Below, piece by piece: positions 23,820 to 35,291 of a DNA stretch of 44,664 nt; the stretch's first letter is position 1; each line of letters starts with the position of its first letter. Made by a program: the position numbers and the translations under genes. Source of the stretch: Octopus bimaculoides. Its lineage: Eukaryota. Location of the stretch: positions 21,296,677 to 21,341,340 of the forward strand of contig NC_069004.1 in NCBI RefSeq assembly GCF_001194135.2, given 5' to 3'. Under the pieces are notes generated by a model. The model searched no databases, had not been told where the DNA came from, and saw only the letters and a program-made list of their open reading frames with translations.

Positions 23820-25090
23820 CCCTTGTCATTCTACCTAAAAGGAGAACAAGGTGACAGAGGCTTAACATCAATCCAAAATGCTTTTGAATGTTGTAGCATA
23901 TCCATTCAGCAACATCTTTTAACCACCAAGTGTCAAAGTGCATCCCTTGACTAAGTTTGCACACATGAGGTTGATAACATCATAAGACTTGGAAAGGAGC
24001 TCCTTGAGCAACATTCCTTGTCTGATAACCTAGAATACATTCCCAAAGAAGTCACACGACTCTACCGCAACGTATCATCAGATGAAAGGATGAGCCTATA
24101 TGAGCAGTAGACTATGCATGCATATGTTGGTAGAAAGCTTCCTGATGATAGTAATATTGATCATCAAAGCAGTCTATCATGGACCAATAGCCGGATTACT
24201 ACCACCTACTTTAAAGGGTATGCAATCCAAGAACAAGAGATATCAACCAAATACCTGATGTAAAAAAGGGATAGAAATGCAGGAAAAGCCATAAAATGTG
24301 ACAACTGATGCAAACTTTGTGGAGTTAACACCAAAGATATCACCCACATCATAAGTAGTTGTCTGAAAATGTTATCATAAGACATGATGTTGTAGCTAGG
24401 ACACTCTATAATGAAATCCATCAGAATGATAAGCCCAAGAACAAAGAAATAAGAACCCACAGTATGACAGAAGCCATAACCACTCATAATAAAAAGGAGT
24501 ACTGGTAGAATGTCCCAGTGAAGACCTCAATAAAATGTAAGCACAACAGACCTGATATAATGATTTGGGATTGAAAAGAGAAACTGTGTACAATTGTGGA
24601 AATTAGCTGCCCAGCAGATGTTAACATAAAGTTGAAGATCAGTGAAAAAGAGAACACCTATGCTGAACTATTGAGGAATCTGCAGTTACTCTATCCAGAT
24701 TACAAGTTCAGGTTTATACCTGTAATTATTGGAGCCCTGGGATATGTAACACACTGCCTAAATACCAATCTTGAGAAATTAGGCTCCTCAAAACCAGAAA
24801 GGAGAAAGTTAATTTGAAGACTACAGATACAATCGATCACTGGAACTGTAAAAATCGGTAAAACTTTCCAGAAGTTTATCATTTAAATATATATGAGCAT
24901 GTCTAGATATGCAACTATATGCATGAGAATACATACTTAAAACAAGACATACAAATCTGCACACATACATTCATACATACATACAAACAAAAATTCTAAT
25001 GTTGAAATTCCAATGAAGGAGCCTTGGATCTAGGTTAGAAACTGGCTCTTTCTCTATTGGCAAGAAATCTTGAAATAAAACTAAACAATA
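23820..25090 (+). mobile_element. 5'-truncated R4/Dong-like non-LTR retrotransposon (restriction-like endonuclease), degenerate
   Basis: YLKGEQGDRGL, AIQEQEISTKYL, CCHC knuckle CKLCG...HIISSC, and HNRPDIMIWD...EISCPAD...EKENTYAEL...PVIIGALG. The 3' UTR runs into (CATA)n. Confidence 0.88.
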
Positions 25091-25789
25091 ACATACATAC
25101 ATGCATGCATGCATGCATGCATACATACATACATACATACATACATACATACATACATACATACATGCACAATTGCAGAGTTTATAATTGTTGCAGCCTA
25201 CTGTTACTTGGAAGCCATGCTTGTCATGCAAACTCATATTTCTCTATGTGGTAACTGTTGCCAGTGAAATGTCACATCTTACAGAATGCCAACAAACTGA
25301 TCTTATCTGCTCTACCATGAGGAGCATGCAACAAAAAGGCCAATGTCATTAGATAGTTATGTCCTAAAGTGACCTATGGATGCTTAAATACTTTCACCTA
25401 GAAGCCATTCAAATTTCTTTTAAATTCTCCCCATTTTGATACTGAACATCTGATGGTTGTGCATGTGTTATGTGCCCAAATACTTTAAATAATATGAATC
25501 TGATTCAACCTGTTATATATAAACTGAACAAAAAGTATCGAGTAATTCTTCAGTTTGATGTTAAATTGTTTTATATGTAACTTAACATAAAAACATTTAC
25601 ACACACACACACATACACACACAATGATATTATGCTGATGAGGTCTAACAGAACTAAACTTATGCCCATTGTTGTTTCTTGACTGAAAAAAAGATTGACC
25701 CATTTTTTTCCCCTTAAGCAGCCTGACAGACTGTGATATTTCATGTAAAAGGAAAATGGAATTATTCCTCAGCATTAGTGCCAGTTAAC

Positions 25790-26092
25790 CAACCAGTATT
25801 CTGTCAGTTATGATGACAAGCATTCTAATTGATCTGGTCAACAGAACAACCCATTCATGAAATTAACATACAGGTGGCTGGGTACTCCACAGACATGCAC
25901 AATCTTAACATACCTCTCTGGGAGACTCAGTGTAGCACAATGCTGACCCTTTGAAATACAGTGACTACTACACTTAGTCAGCTGAGTGGACTGGAGCAAC
26001 AGGAAATAAAGGACACAATATGCCATTGGGCACTGAGCTCACAACCCTACAATTGTGAGCCAAATATCCCAACCACTAAACCACGAACCTTC
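25790..26092 (-). mobile_element. SINE family C
   Basis: Aligns with 34590-34972. Confidence 0.75.
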
Positions 26093-26289
26093 ACTTCAAT
26101 TAACTAAAATAAAGAGATATTCTGTTTGAAAGTATTGAGCACTGTTTCTATATTTTGGTACAACTATGAAGAAAACTATTGGAGTAGCAAACAGTTCATT
26201 GGCATATTGCTGATGATGATGTAGTAATGGTGGTGATGTGGTGGTGGTGATGTGGCGGTGGTAGTGGTGTCAGAAGTGAATATGGCATG

Positions 26290-26996
26290 GTTAAGGAGCA
26301 TGTGTGGTTACAGGGGAAAAGAGACTGGAATGAGACAAAGAGGTGTAAGAGGGAGGAAGAGAGAGCAAGAAACAGAGAGGGAGGGAGAGAAGGGAAGAGA
26401 ATGAGGTGGAGAGAGGAGGAGAGAGAGAGGGAGAAATTGAGGGGGAAAGAAAGGGGGAGAGAGAGCTGGGGATATAGAGGGGAGGGTGGGTGGTAGGAAG
26501 AGAGAAGGAGAGAGAGGGAGAGCAAGAGAGAAGGGAGGAAGGGAGAAGGAGAAAGAGTGATAGGGAGAGAGAGGGAAGGTGAGAGAGGGAAGGTGTGAGG
26601 AGCCCATGTAATGGAGAACAAACTGCACAAGGCAAAAAAGTGTTGATAGAATGTCAGTTGTTTGGGATTACATGAAGAGTGAGACAGTAGACAGAGAGGG
26701 GAAAGGTGGTTAACTACTACTATTATTACTACTACTAATATCCACCACCATCATCAAAACAAAACTACCAACACCACCACCATCATTACCAATATTACTA
26801 CTACTGAAAAATAACAAATATGCTATCACCCCACCAGCACTAACAACCACAACAATAACAAACAACACCTTAACTACACCAACTGCTACAGCAGCTACAA
26901 CCATTACAATTACCACCACAACCACAACTATAACCACAACAACCAATTCTGTAATCACAGCTACAACAATGAATGACCTACTACTACTACTACTAT

Positions 26997-27053
<57 letters not shown>

Positions 27054-27075
27054 CACTACTACTACTACAACCATA
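26290..27075. repeat. About 330 bp of purine-rich (GA/GGA) low-complexity sequence, then (ACC/ACA/ACT)n arrays
   Basis: Seen directly. Confidence 0.9.
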
Positions 27076-27394
27076 GCCACCACCTACATCACAACCAGCT
27101 ACTATGTGGTCACTCAGCCTGTTAGAAATAGCAGCCAAATCTTCCCTAATCATATCTTAATGTCACCAAAAAGGCAAGGGAATATTGAATAATGTTACCC
27201 TATATATAGGATAGTCATGGCTGGAATACCTTTGATCATGAGTTTCTTCAATCAAAATTGACCTGGAGGTAAACAAGTGAACATCACTGATACAACTGCT
27301 GGTGCCACTGCTGCAACCACCACTACTAAGTAAAAAGTATGCTACTCTATTGCTTCTTTAAATCTCTGCATTGACATTTTTGACATGTGTGTTA

Positions 27395-27677
27395 GTGGAG
27401 AGAAGAGAGAGAGAGAGAGAAAGAGAGGCAGAAGAACAGTGAAAAGAAGAGAGAGAGAAGAGAGAGAGAGAGAGAGAAAGAAAGCAAGCAACACACCGAG
27501 ATCTTGTAAGTTTACACACACACACACACACTCATACACACACATACATATACACACACTTATGCACATGACACAGATTCATATGCCACACACACATGCA
27601 AAAAATATAAGCACAAACGTGCATGTAAACATCGCAGCCACATGCCTGTTTGTGTACACACACACACATATACACAA

Positions 27678-27748
<71 letters not shown>

Positions 27749-27985
27749 TATATACATATATGCACACACATACGTGCATACATATTCTCAAATAAATGCA
27801 AATGTACATATGGTTCAAGTAGGGGTGATGTACCAAATGACATGCAGAATGCACACAATTAATTGTGTGTGTGCGTGCACACACACACATGTAGATATAT
27901 AAGTATATTATAGATATATATGTGTATTTGTGTGTGCATGTATGTGCATATACCAACATGCATACATGCAAGCATGCATATATAT

Positions 27986-28044
<59 letters not shown>

Positions 28045-28122
28045 GGAGGAAGAAAATCTTGGGAGAACCTGAGAATGGGTAGAACATGTTTATGTATGTA
28101 AGTGTGTGTGTGTGTGTGTGTG
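27395..28122. repeat. Compound (GA)n, (CA)n, (TA)n and (TG)n microsatellite block
   Basis: Seen directly. Confidence 0.9.
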
Positions 28123-28980
28123 TATACTACATATGTGGGAAATTCTGTTTGTGGGTGTGTTTGTGGAGTTGTTAGGTAACTCCGCCTACCTCGTTTTATC
28201 AATTTTGATGAAACTTCACATGTGAGTAGAACTCATGTCTGGAAACCTTATGGCATACTCAGATTGTTGAAAAGAATCGCTACTAGAGCCCCTGGAAGGG
28301 ATCCTTACATATATTTAATATATTTTATTTTAAAGACCAAGGAAAATAACCCATTCATTTTCCTTAATTATTTGGTAAAAGTGAAATTGAGTATGCTTAT
28401 CTCTTAGTATTTGAACTGTTAGAGTTATTTTTGCAATTTAACTAGTACAACCCTTAAACAAGTAAATAGTATTTTCCTATACAAGAGATCCACTTATTTC
28501 AGTTAGTAACTTATTCATGAATATACCAACACAAGTACCCCTGACGGTAATATTCTCTGGGAACGCACAAAAGTCCTTTTCAGAGTTATTTACTTTGAAT
28601 TGTTATTATCTCATATCTGATTAGCCTGTTATTACATAACATGCTTCATGATTTTGGTATACATACCGTATTGGTATTTCCTCCTAAGTTCTATATACTC
28701 TGGGAATGCATTAAAGCCATTTTCAGGGCTACTTTATTTGAATTCTTACTATCGGGTAACTAATTATTACATAACTGACTTCACAATTTGGGTATTCATG
28801 ACTTATTGGGGATTTCTAAAAACAAGATCCTGTGTAAGACAGTTCAGTATTCTCTGTAAATGCACAAAAACTGTTTTAAGGGCTACATACTTTGTTGTTA
28901 TTGGATTAGTGAAACTATTATGAGAATGGAACCAAGGGATAAGCCCCATTTTCCCAGGAATTACCGGGTATGTCAGCTAG
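28123..28980 (+). mobile_element. Non-autonomous Helitron-like element (858 bp)
   Basis: 5' end homologous to 2393 (ctacatatgtgggaaattctgtttgtgggtgtg...ttttgatgaaacttcac); 3' end gaattaccgggtatgtcagCTAG|T. No TIR or TSD. The 5' TC reads TA here. Confidence 0.65.
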
Positions 28981-28987
28981 TATATAT

Positions 28988-29023
<36 letters not shown>

Positions 29024-29792
29024 NNNNNNNNNNNNNNNNNNNNNNNNNNNNNNNNNNNNNNNNNNNNNNNNNNNNNNNNNNNNNNNNNNNNNNNNNNNNN
29101 NNNNNNNNNNNNNNNNNNNNNNNNNNNNNNNNNNNNNNNNNNNNNNNNNNNNNNNNNNNNNNNNNNNNNNNNNNNNNNNNNNNNNNNNNNNNNNNNNNNN
29201 NNNNNNNNNNNNNNNNNNNNNNNNNNNNNNNNNNNNNNNNNNNNNNNNNNNNNNNNNNNNNNNNNNNNNNNNNNNNNNNNNNNNNNNNNNNNNNNNNNNN
29301 NNNNNNNNNNNNNNNNNNNNNNNNNNNNNNNNNNNNNNNNNNNNNNNNNNNNNNNNNNNNNNNNNNNNNNNNNNNNNNNNNNNNNNNNNNNNNNNNNNNN
29401 NNNNNNNNNNNNNNNNNNNNNNNNNNNNNNNNNNNNNNNNNNNNNNNNNNNNNNNNNNNNNNNNNNNNNNNNNNNNNNNNNNNNNNNNNNNNNNNNNNNN
29501 NNNNNNNNNNNNNNNNNNNNNNNNNNNNNNNNNNNNNNNNNNNNNNNNNNNNNNNNNNNNNNNNNNNNNNNNNNNNNNNNNNNNNNNNNNNNNNNNNNNN
29601 NNNNNNNNNNNNNNNNNNNNNNNNNNNNNNNNNNNNNNNNNNNNNNNNNNNNNNNNNNNNNNNNNNNNNNNNNNNNNNNNNNNNNNNNNNNNNNNNNNNN
29701 NNNNNNNNNNNNNNNNNNNNNNNNNNNNNNNNNNNNNATATATATATATATATTAAAGATTAATGGAGAAGACGGAGTGTAACAAAAATCAC

Positions 29793-30444
29793 TTATTAGC
29801 AGAACAATTGTTTCAGCTTATGAGTTCATATATTTGCATTTTGCTTTCACTTCAGGATAAATGGTGGTATTGAGAGATTCTAGCAGTTCGAATGCATTTG
29901 TGGGGATTGCGAGGGATTTGTTTAGGAAGAAAATACAATAAAAACACAAATCATTTAACTTGAATTGGGTGGGGTTGTTAATACTTGTGGTCATGGTGTT
30001 ATTGTTGAAAGTAAAAAGTAAAATTAGAAAATGTAAAGAATTTAGTGTATGAGGAAGGGTAGTAGATTGACTGTCCCAGTGCATGTAAACCTTTGATTTC
30101 TGGTGGTTATGGCAGTCAAGCATGATGCCATGGTTAATAATACCATGGCCACAAGTATTAACAGCCCCACCCAATTCAAGTTAAATGATTTGTGTTTTTA
30201 TTCTTGTATTTTCTTCTTAAACAAATCCCTCGCAGTAACACAAATGCATTTGAACTGCTAGAATCTCTCAATACCACCATTTATCCGGACACAAAATCGA
30301 AATGTAAATCCACGAACTCATAAGCATATTAAGCCACCTGAAGAGGCTCTTTTGCACTGTGAGTTGCATCTGGTGTTATTGCATCATTCCTTGTCCACTA
30401 GGGAGCAGTGTAACTTGAAGCTGAAACCATTGTTCTGCTAATAA
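29793..30444. repeat. Inverted repeat, arms 29793-30003 and 30136-30444, probably PLE pLTR-derived
   Basis: About 85-90% reverse-complement match. The right arm carries about 96 extra nt (30326-30421) holding a hammerhead-like CTGAAGA and stem II. Confidence 0.9.
30333..30441 (+). ncRNA. Degenerate hammerhead-like motif
   Basis: CTGAAGA-GGCT...AGCT-GAAA-CCATTGT-T. The other arm preserves the palindromic stem III ACAATTGT. Stem I pairs poorly. Confidence 0.5.
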
Positions 30445-31035
30445 ATGTTTTTTGTTATACTCCATCTTCTCCATTCATCTTTAAAATATACCCTATGTGT
30501 AGCCTGGAATTTCTGGACGTAGATCCAATGATGAATGCAAAGTATCGCTGATGATGCCAGATAGCCATAAGTGGTGAATGTGCTCTGCAGACACATTAAC
30601 GGGGACTTACCTTGAAACAAGGTTTGGATACTGCATTTAACGCCTACTTTCTAAACCTTAATTCTTTAATTCTGAATTTGACTTATATATGTATAGGCAT
30701 CCCATAAATAATGCGTTTTTTTCAAGTGTATGAACTAAAAGTTGGAAGGGGACAGGCTAATTTACCTGTATCAACTTACTATAAAAGCAGGCAGTAATTT
30801 TACCTTCTACTTATTCGTAGTGCAAGTTTTGATGAGTGCAGTTCGATTTTAACAGTTATTTTTTCAAAGCTATAATGGAAGTGACAAAAGAGTATATTCA
30901 GCATATTTTGCTTTATGAGTTCAATAAAAACAACAACACAATGGAAAGTGTGGGGAATATAAATGCAGTGTGTGGGGATTGAACAATAAGCATAAGCCAG
31001 TGTCAATGGTGGTTCCAAAAATTCCAAGCCAGAAT

Positions 31036-31910
31036 CTACAGCTTAGAAGACGAGCCTTGTCCTGGAAGATTTGTAGAGTTCAACAAGGATGTCCTGCAGT
31101 ACCTGGTGGAACAAAATCCCATTGTAACTGTTGAGGAACTAGCAGAGAAGCTTGGATTTTGTCATTCAACCATTCATTGACACTTGTATGCCATCAGAAA
31201 AGCTATCAAATTCTGAGTTTAATTGCATGCAGAGAGTGAATGTGTGCTCTTCTTTGCAGTCACGTCCCATGAATGAACCGTTTTGGGACTGAAAAGTGGC
31301 TGATGTGAGAAATGGGTTCTCTAAATATGTCAAGTGCCAAAGGCAGTGGGTAAGGAAAGGAGAAACACCCGCACCCCAGGCTAAAGAAGGTTTTCACCCA
31401 CGTAAGGTATTGTTAACTGTTTGGTAGAATATGAAAAGTTTAGTTCACTTTGAACTTTTAAACTCAAACCAAACGACAACAAAGGAGATCTACTGCGAGT
31501 AGCTTGAGTGGCTTAAGTCAGCAAGAGAAGAAAAATGACCATCTTTGGTTTGAAGATGAAAGGAGTTCTTCCATTAGGATAATGCTCTGTCACATATATC
31601 GAGGATAACATTCCAAAGGCTGGAGCAGTTTGAATGGAAAACGATGCCCCACCCACCATATTCACAGGACATTGCCCCATCTTATCATTTATTCTGTAGT
31701 CTTAAAAATCATTTGGATGGTAAAAATATGAATTCTGTAGACAAGATCAGAACAGTATTGGAGGAGTATTTTTCATCATAGACAAGTGAATTTTGGAAGA
31801 GGGGCCTTGCAAGCCTACCAGATAGATGGAAAAGCATTGTAGAAAATGAAAGAGAGTGTACTTTAGACTTAAAAAGAACTTTGTTTATCTTGATTTGGGA
31901 CAACTTAATA
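31036..31910 (+). mobile_element. mariner transposon, 5'-truncated and degenerate
   Basis: SLEDEPxPGR, the QDNA-equivalent (xDNALSH), HPPYSQDIAPS and RWKSIVENE. The right end gggacaacttaaTA matches a mariner TIR with TA target. Confidence 0.9.
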
Positions 31911-32503
31911 TATATANNNNNNNNNNNNNNNNNNNNNNNNNNNNNNNNNNNNNATATATATTATATACATATATGCACATATAAATATATTGTATATATG
32001 TATATTGTGTATATCATATATATATATGTAAAATCATTAAGCAAAAAATAACAAAAATACAAACAAAAATTGTAGTAAAAGCATTTTTTATTTGGCTTTT
32101 GTTCATTGTAAACACATAATGTGTGTACCTAAGAGCTATTTGCTTGTTCGATAGCGCTAAGCTAGCATATTGGCACCAACCTATATAGTGTCTAATTGAA
32201 GTCTACAGTTTTGGACAAAAATGTGATTTTAAAGATAAAATGATTTTTTTTCAATTAAAGAAAATTAAAAGTTAATATAAAATTAAATGAAAAGAGAATG
32301 TATATTGTTGTTCTTGTTCTTGTGTTTTTAAAATTTTATTTTAGTTATTCATTTTGCTTTTGTATTTTTCCTTTTTCTCCTTGTTCATTTGTTTATTGTT
32401 GTTGTTAAAATTGAAGTCAACTGACTGTGTAATCGATTGATTGATTAATCAAAGACATGTTAATTAATTGTAATCACATCTATATTATATATATATATGT
32501 ATG

Positions 32504-32621
<118 letters not shown>

Positions 32622-32942
32622 AAGCTTAACTATGTTCTGCCTGAGTGTAACTTTTCTGTGTTATTCTTTCACCATGTTTTAGTTATTACTATTTCCATAA
32701 CGTATTCCACATTTTCCACGCCATACCCCATCATATACCACATATTAACACCATGCTATGCTGTTATACACTATATTATATAAGTATGTAAATCTGTCTT
32801 ATATGATTTTATGATTACCAGAATATATATGATAACTTACCAACATCATACAATATACCAAGTCATTCAACAGGATATATTTTATCTTCCCATTAAAAAT
32901 CATTTTTTAGTACTCATCTTCTGAGAAATAAGGCTTTGCTGA

Positions 32943-33046
32943 TTCAACAACATCTAGACCAGTCTTTATTCAGCACCATTCAGACCAGTCTTTATTCAGC
33001 ACCATTCAGACCAGTTTTTATTCAACATCATTCAGACAAGTCTTTA
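32943..33046. repeat. 26-bp minisatellite, 4 copies (ttcagcaccattcagaccagtcttta)
   Basis: Units start at 32943, 32969, 32995 and 33021. Confidence 0.95.
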
Positions 33047-33504
33047 TGAACTCCCTATACCTTACCCTATATAACATCTATTTCCCTCTTCTCACCCTCA
33101 ACTGTTCTATGCCAGCTGTTCTTTGGCCATACACCTTTTCACTTACCAACTGCTGTCCATCATAATGCTATCCATGCTAACCTGTCCAGTTCTGCTGATG
33201 TTGTATTTCAAAGACTACACTATTACAATGGTGCTATATTCTATATTTTACCATACTTTATTTTATCATTATCATTCCATATTTTACCATATACCACACT
33301 TTACCATTACCTTACCACATGCTATACCCTGCAATAACATGGAATACTATGCTGGATATCACATTTTCCCATATTAGATATTACCATAACCATGCCATAT
33401 CAAGCTATGTACAACCATTAAAGTAGGTAAAATAAATTATGCTTGCACAAAACTTATATTACACTACACAAACTTATCTGATGACAAAGTAACTCACCAT
33501 CATA

Positions 33505-33830
33505 ACTGGCACTTAGTTGGCTATGATGGGGAGGGTTTCAGATGATCTGATAAACGGAACAGCCTACTCATGAAATTAACTTGCAAATGGCTGAGCACTC
33601 CACAGACATGCATAATCTTAATGTAGTTCTCTGGGAGATTCAGCAAGACAAAGAATGTGACAAGGCTAGCCCTTTCAATTACAGATACTACTCATTTTTG
33701 CCAGCTGAGTGAACTGGAGTAACAGCAAATAAAGTGCCTTGCTCAAGGACACAATGCACTACCAGGAATCAAACTCACAACCTTACAATTGTGAACTGAA
33801 TACCCAAACCACTGAGCCACATGGCTTCAC
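33505..33830 (-). mobile_element. SINE family C
   Basis: Aligns with 18020-18300. Confidence 0.75.
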
Positions 33831-33985
33831 CTAAAGAGAAGGTAGTAGTGAGAAAATAAATGTTAGAATTGAGATGGTGTTAGTGGGGTGAGTGAAACAA
33901 TGCAAAAAGTGAGGTGTGAAGTGGGGTCAGTGGTCAGACTGACAAAGTGAAATGGGCTGGGGTGAAGATTATAAGTAATACATAC

Positions 33986-34072
33986 CTATTAAATCTACAG
34001 GTATCTTCGAGACAATTGCTCCAAGTCCAAATGCTAATCCAGGACCCATCAGCTCAAAACAGAATATGAAAC
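33986..34072 (-). CDS. SLCO: SLCO/OATP transporter, internal exon A (87 bp, phase 1-1): (G)FIFCFELMGPGLAFGLGAIVSKIPVDLI
   Basis: Pyrimidine tract plus TAG acceptor at 34075-34073 and GTATGT donor from 33985. Matches the OATP pattern G-P-x-x-G-x-x-L-G...V-D and joins the next exon in frame (G+AT = Asp). Confidence 0.9.
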
Positions 34073-34589
34073 CTAAATAGTGAAAATGGAACAATAAACA
34101 AAGAATTAAATAATAAAAGGAAAAATGCTTAATATAACATCAACCACAGGTATGTCAGTTAATTTGCTTTGTATTCAGAGGTATGTCTAAATTATACGAG
34201 TGTAATTTCAGGTGTCTCTATGTAATAAATATTTTCCTTAAAACCACTATTTTTTCAAGCTTTATTATAATAATTTGCCAATCATGTATGTCTTAACACT
34301 TTTGATACCAAATAACACAAACTGCTTGCTTCAAAGTAATATAAAACCTTCATCAAATTTTGTGTTAATTTATGTTCCAGAGACCAGCTTAATCATGACA
34401 AAGCTATTTTACTAAATTCTGTAGAATTTTCAGAATTAATTGAAATATAGGTCATGTATTTCAACATAAATAGGGTAGCAAAAGGATAAGATTTGATATC
34501 AATAATCGACTTACTCCATTACCCCCAAATTGCTGGCCTTGTGCCAAATTTGAAACCAATATATCAAACATATATGCTTTCCTAAGTTG

Positions 34590-34972
34590 TTGTTGGCACT
34601 CCGTTGCTTACGATGTCGAGGGTTCCAGTTGATCCGATCAACGGAACAGCCTGCTCGTGAAATTAACATGCAAGTGGCTGAGCACTCCACAGACACGTGT
34701 ACCCTTAACTTAGTTCTCGGGGAGATTCAGTGTGACACAGTGTGACAAGGCTGACCCTTTGAATTACAGGCACAACAGAAACAGGAAGTAAGAGTGAGAG
34801 AAAGTTGTGGTGAAAGAGTACAGCAGGGTTCGTCACCATCCCCTGCCGGAGCCTCGTGGAGCTTTAGGTGTTTTCGCTCAATAAACACTCACAACACCCG
34901 GTCTGGGAATCGAAACCACGATCCTATGACAGCGAGTCCACTGCCCTAACCACTGGGCCATTGCGCCTCCAC
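34590..34972 (-). mobile_element. SINE family C, young CpG-rich copy
   Basis: The minus strand begins ggaggcgcaatggcccagtggttaggg...ggtttcgattccc (tRNA A/B boxes). Confidence 0.85.
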
Positions 34973-35189
34973 TTTCCTAAGTAAATTCCAGCTAAAGTGG
35001 AGTTTACATGCCTGACTCCAGACTCCTGAAATAAAATTTCTTTGGAAAACTTGCAGATGGCTCACAGTTTTGGGGTGGACCAAAGAAGAAATACAAAGGC
35101 ACCCGCAAAACAAACTTGAAAAAGTGTACTTGGGAACATCTTGCTTGCTGTGGCATAGTGTTGTGCATTCTGGAGTATGACACTCAGAA

Positions 35190-35291
35190 TCAGAAATTAT
35201 CAGAGAGTCAGAAATTATCAGACTCAGAAATTATCAGAGAGTCAGAAATTATCAGAGAGTCAGAAATTATCAGAGAGTCAGAAATTATCAG
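35190..35291. repeat. 18-bp minisatellite, about 6 copies (tcagaaattatcagagag)
   Basis: Seen directly; one unit is 16 bp and the last is partial. Confidence 0.95.

Noticed and set aside
25634-25670. CTGATGAGGTCTAACAGAACTAAAC hammerhead-like string
   Set aside because: GAAA is absent and stems I and III cannot be formed.
34940-34972. tRNA gene
   Set aside because: It is the tRNA-derived head of a multi-copy SINE; no full cloverleaf is evident.
35190-35291. CRISPR-like array
   Set aside because: Head-to-tail units with no unique spacers, in a eukaryotic context.
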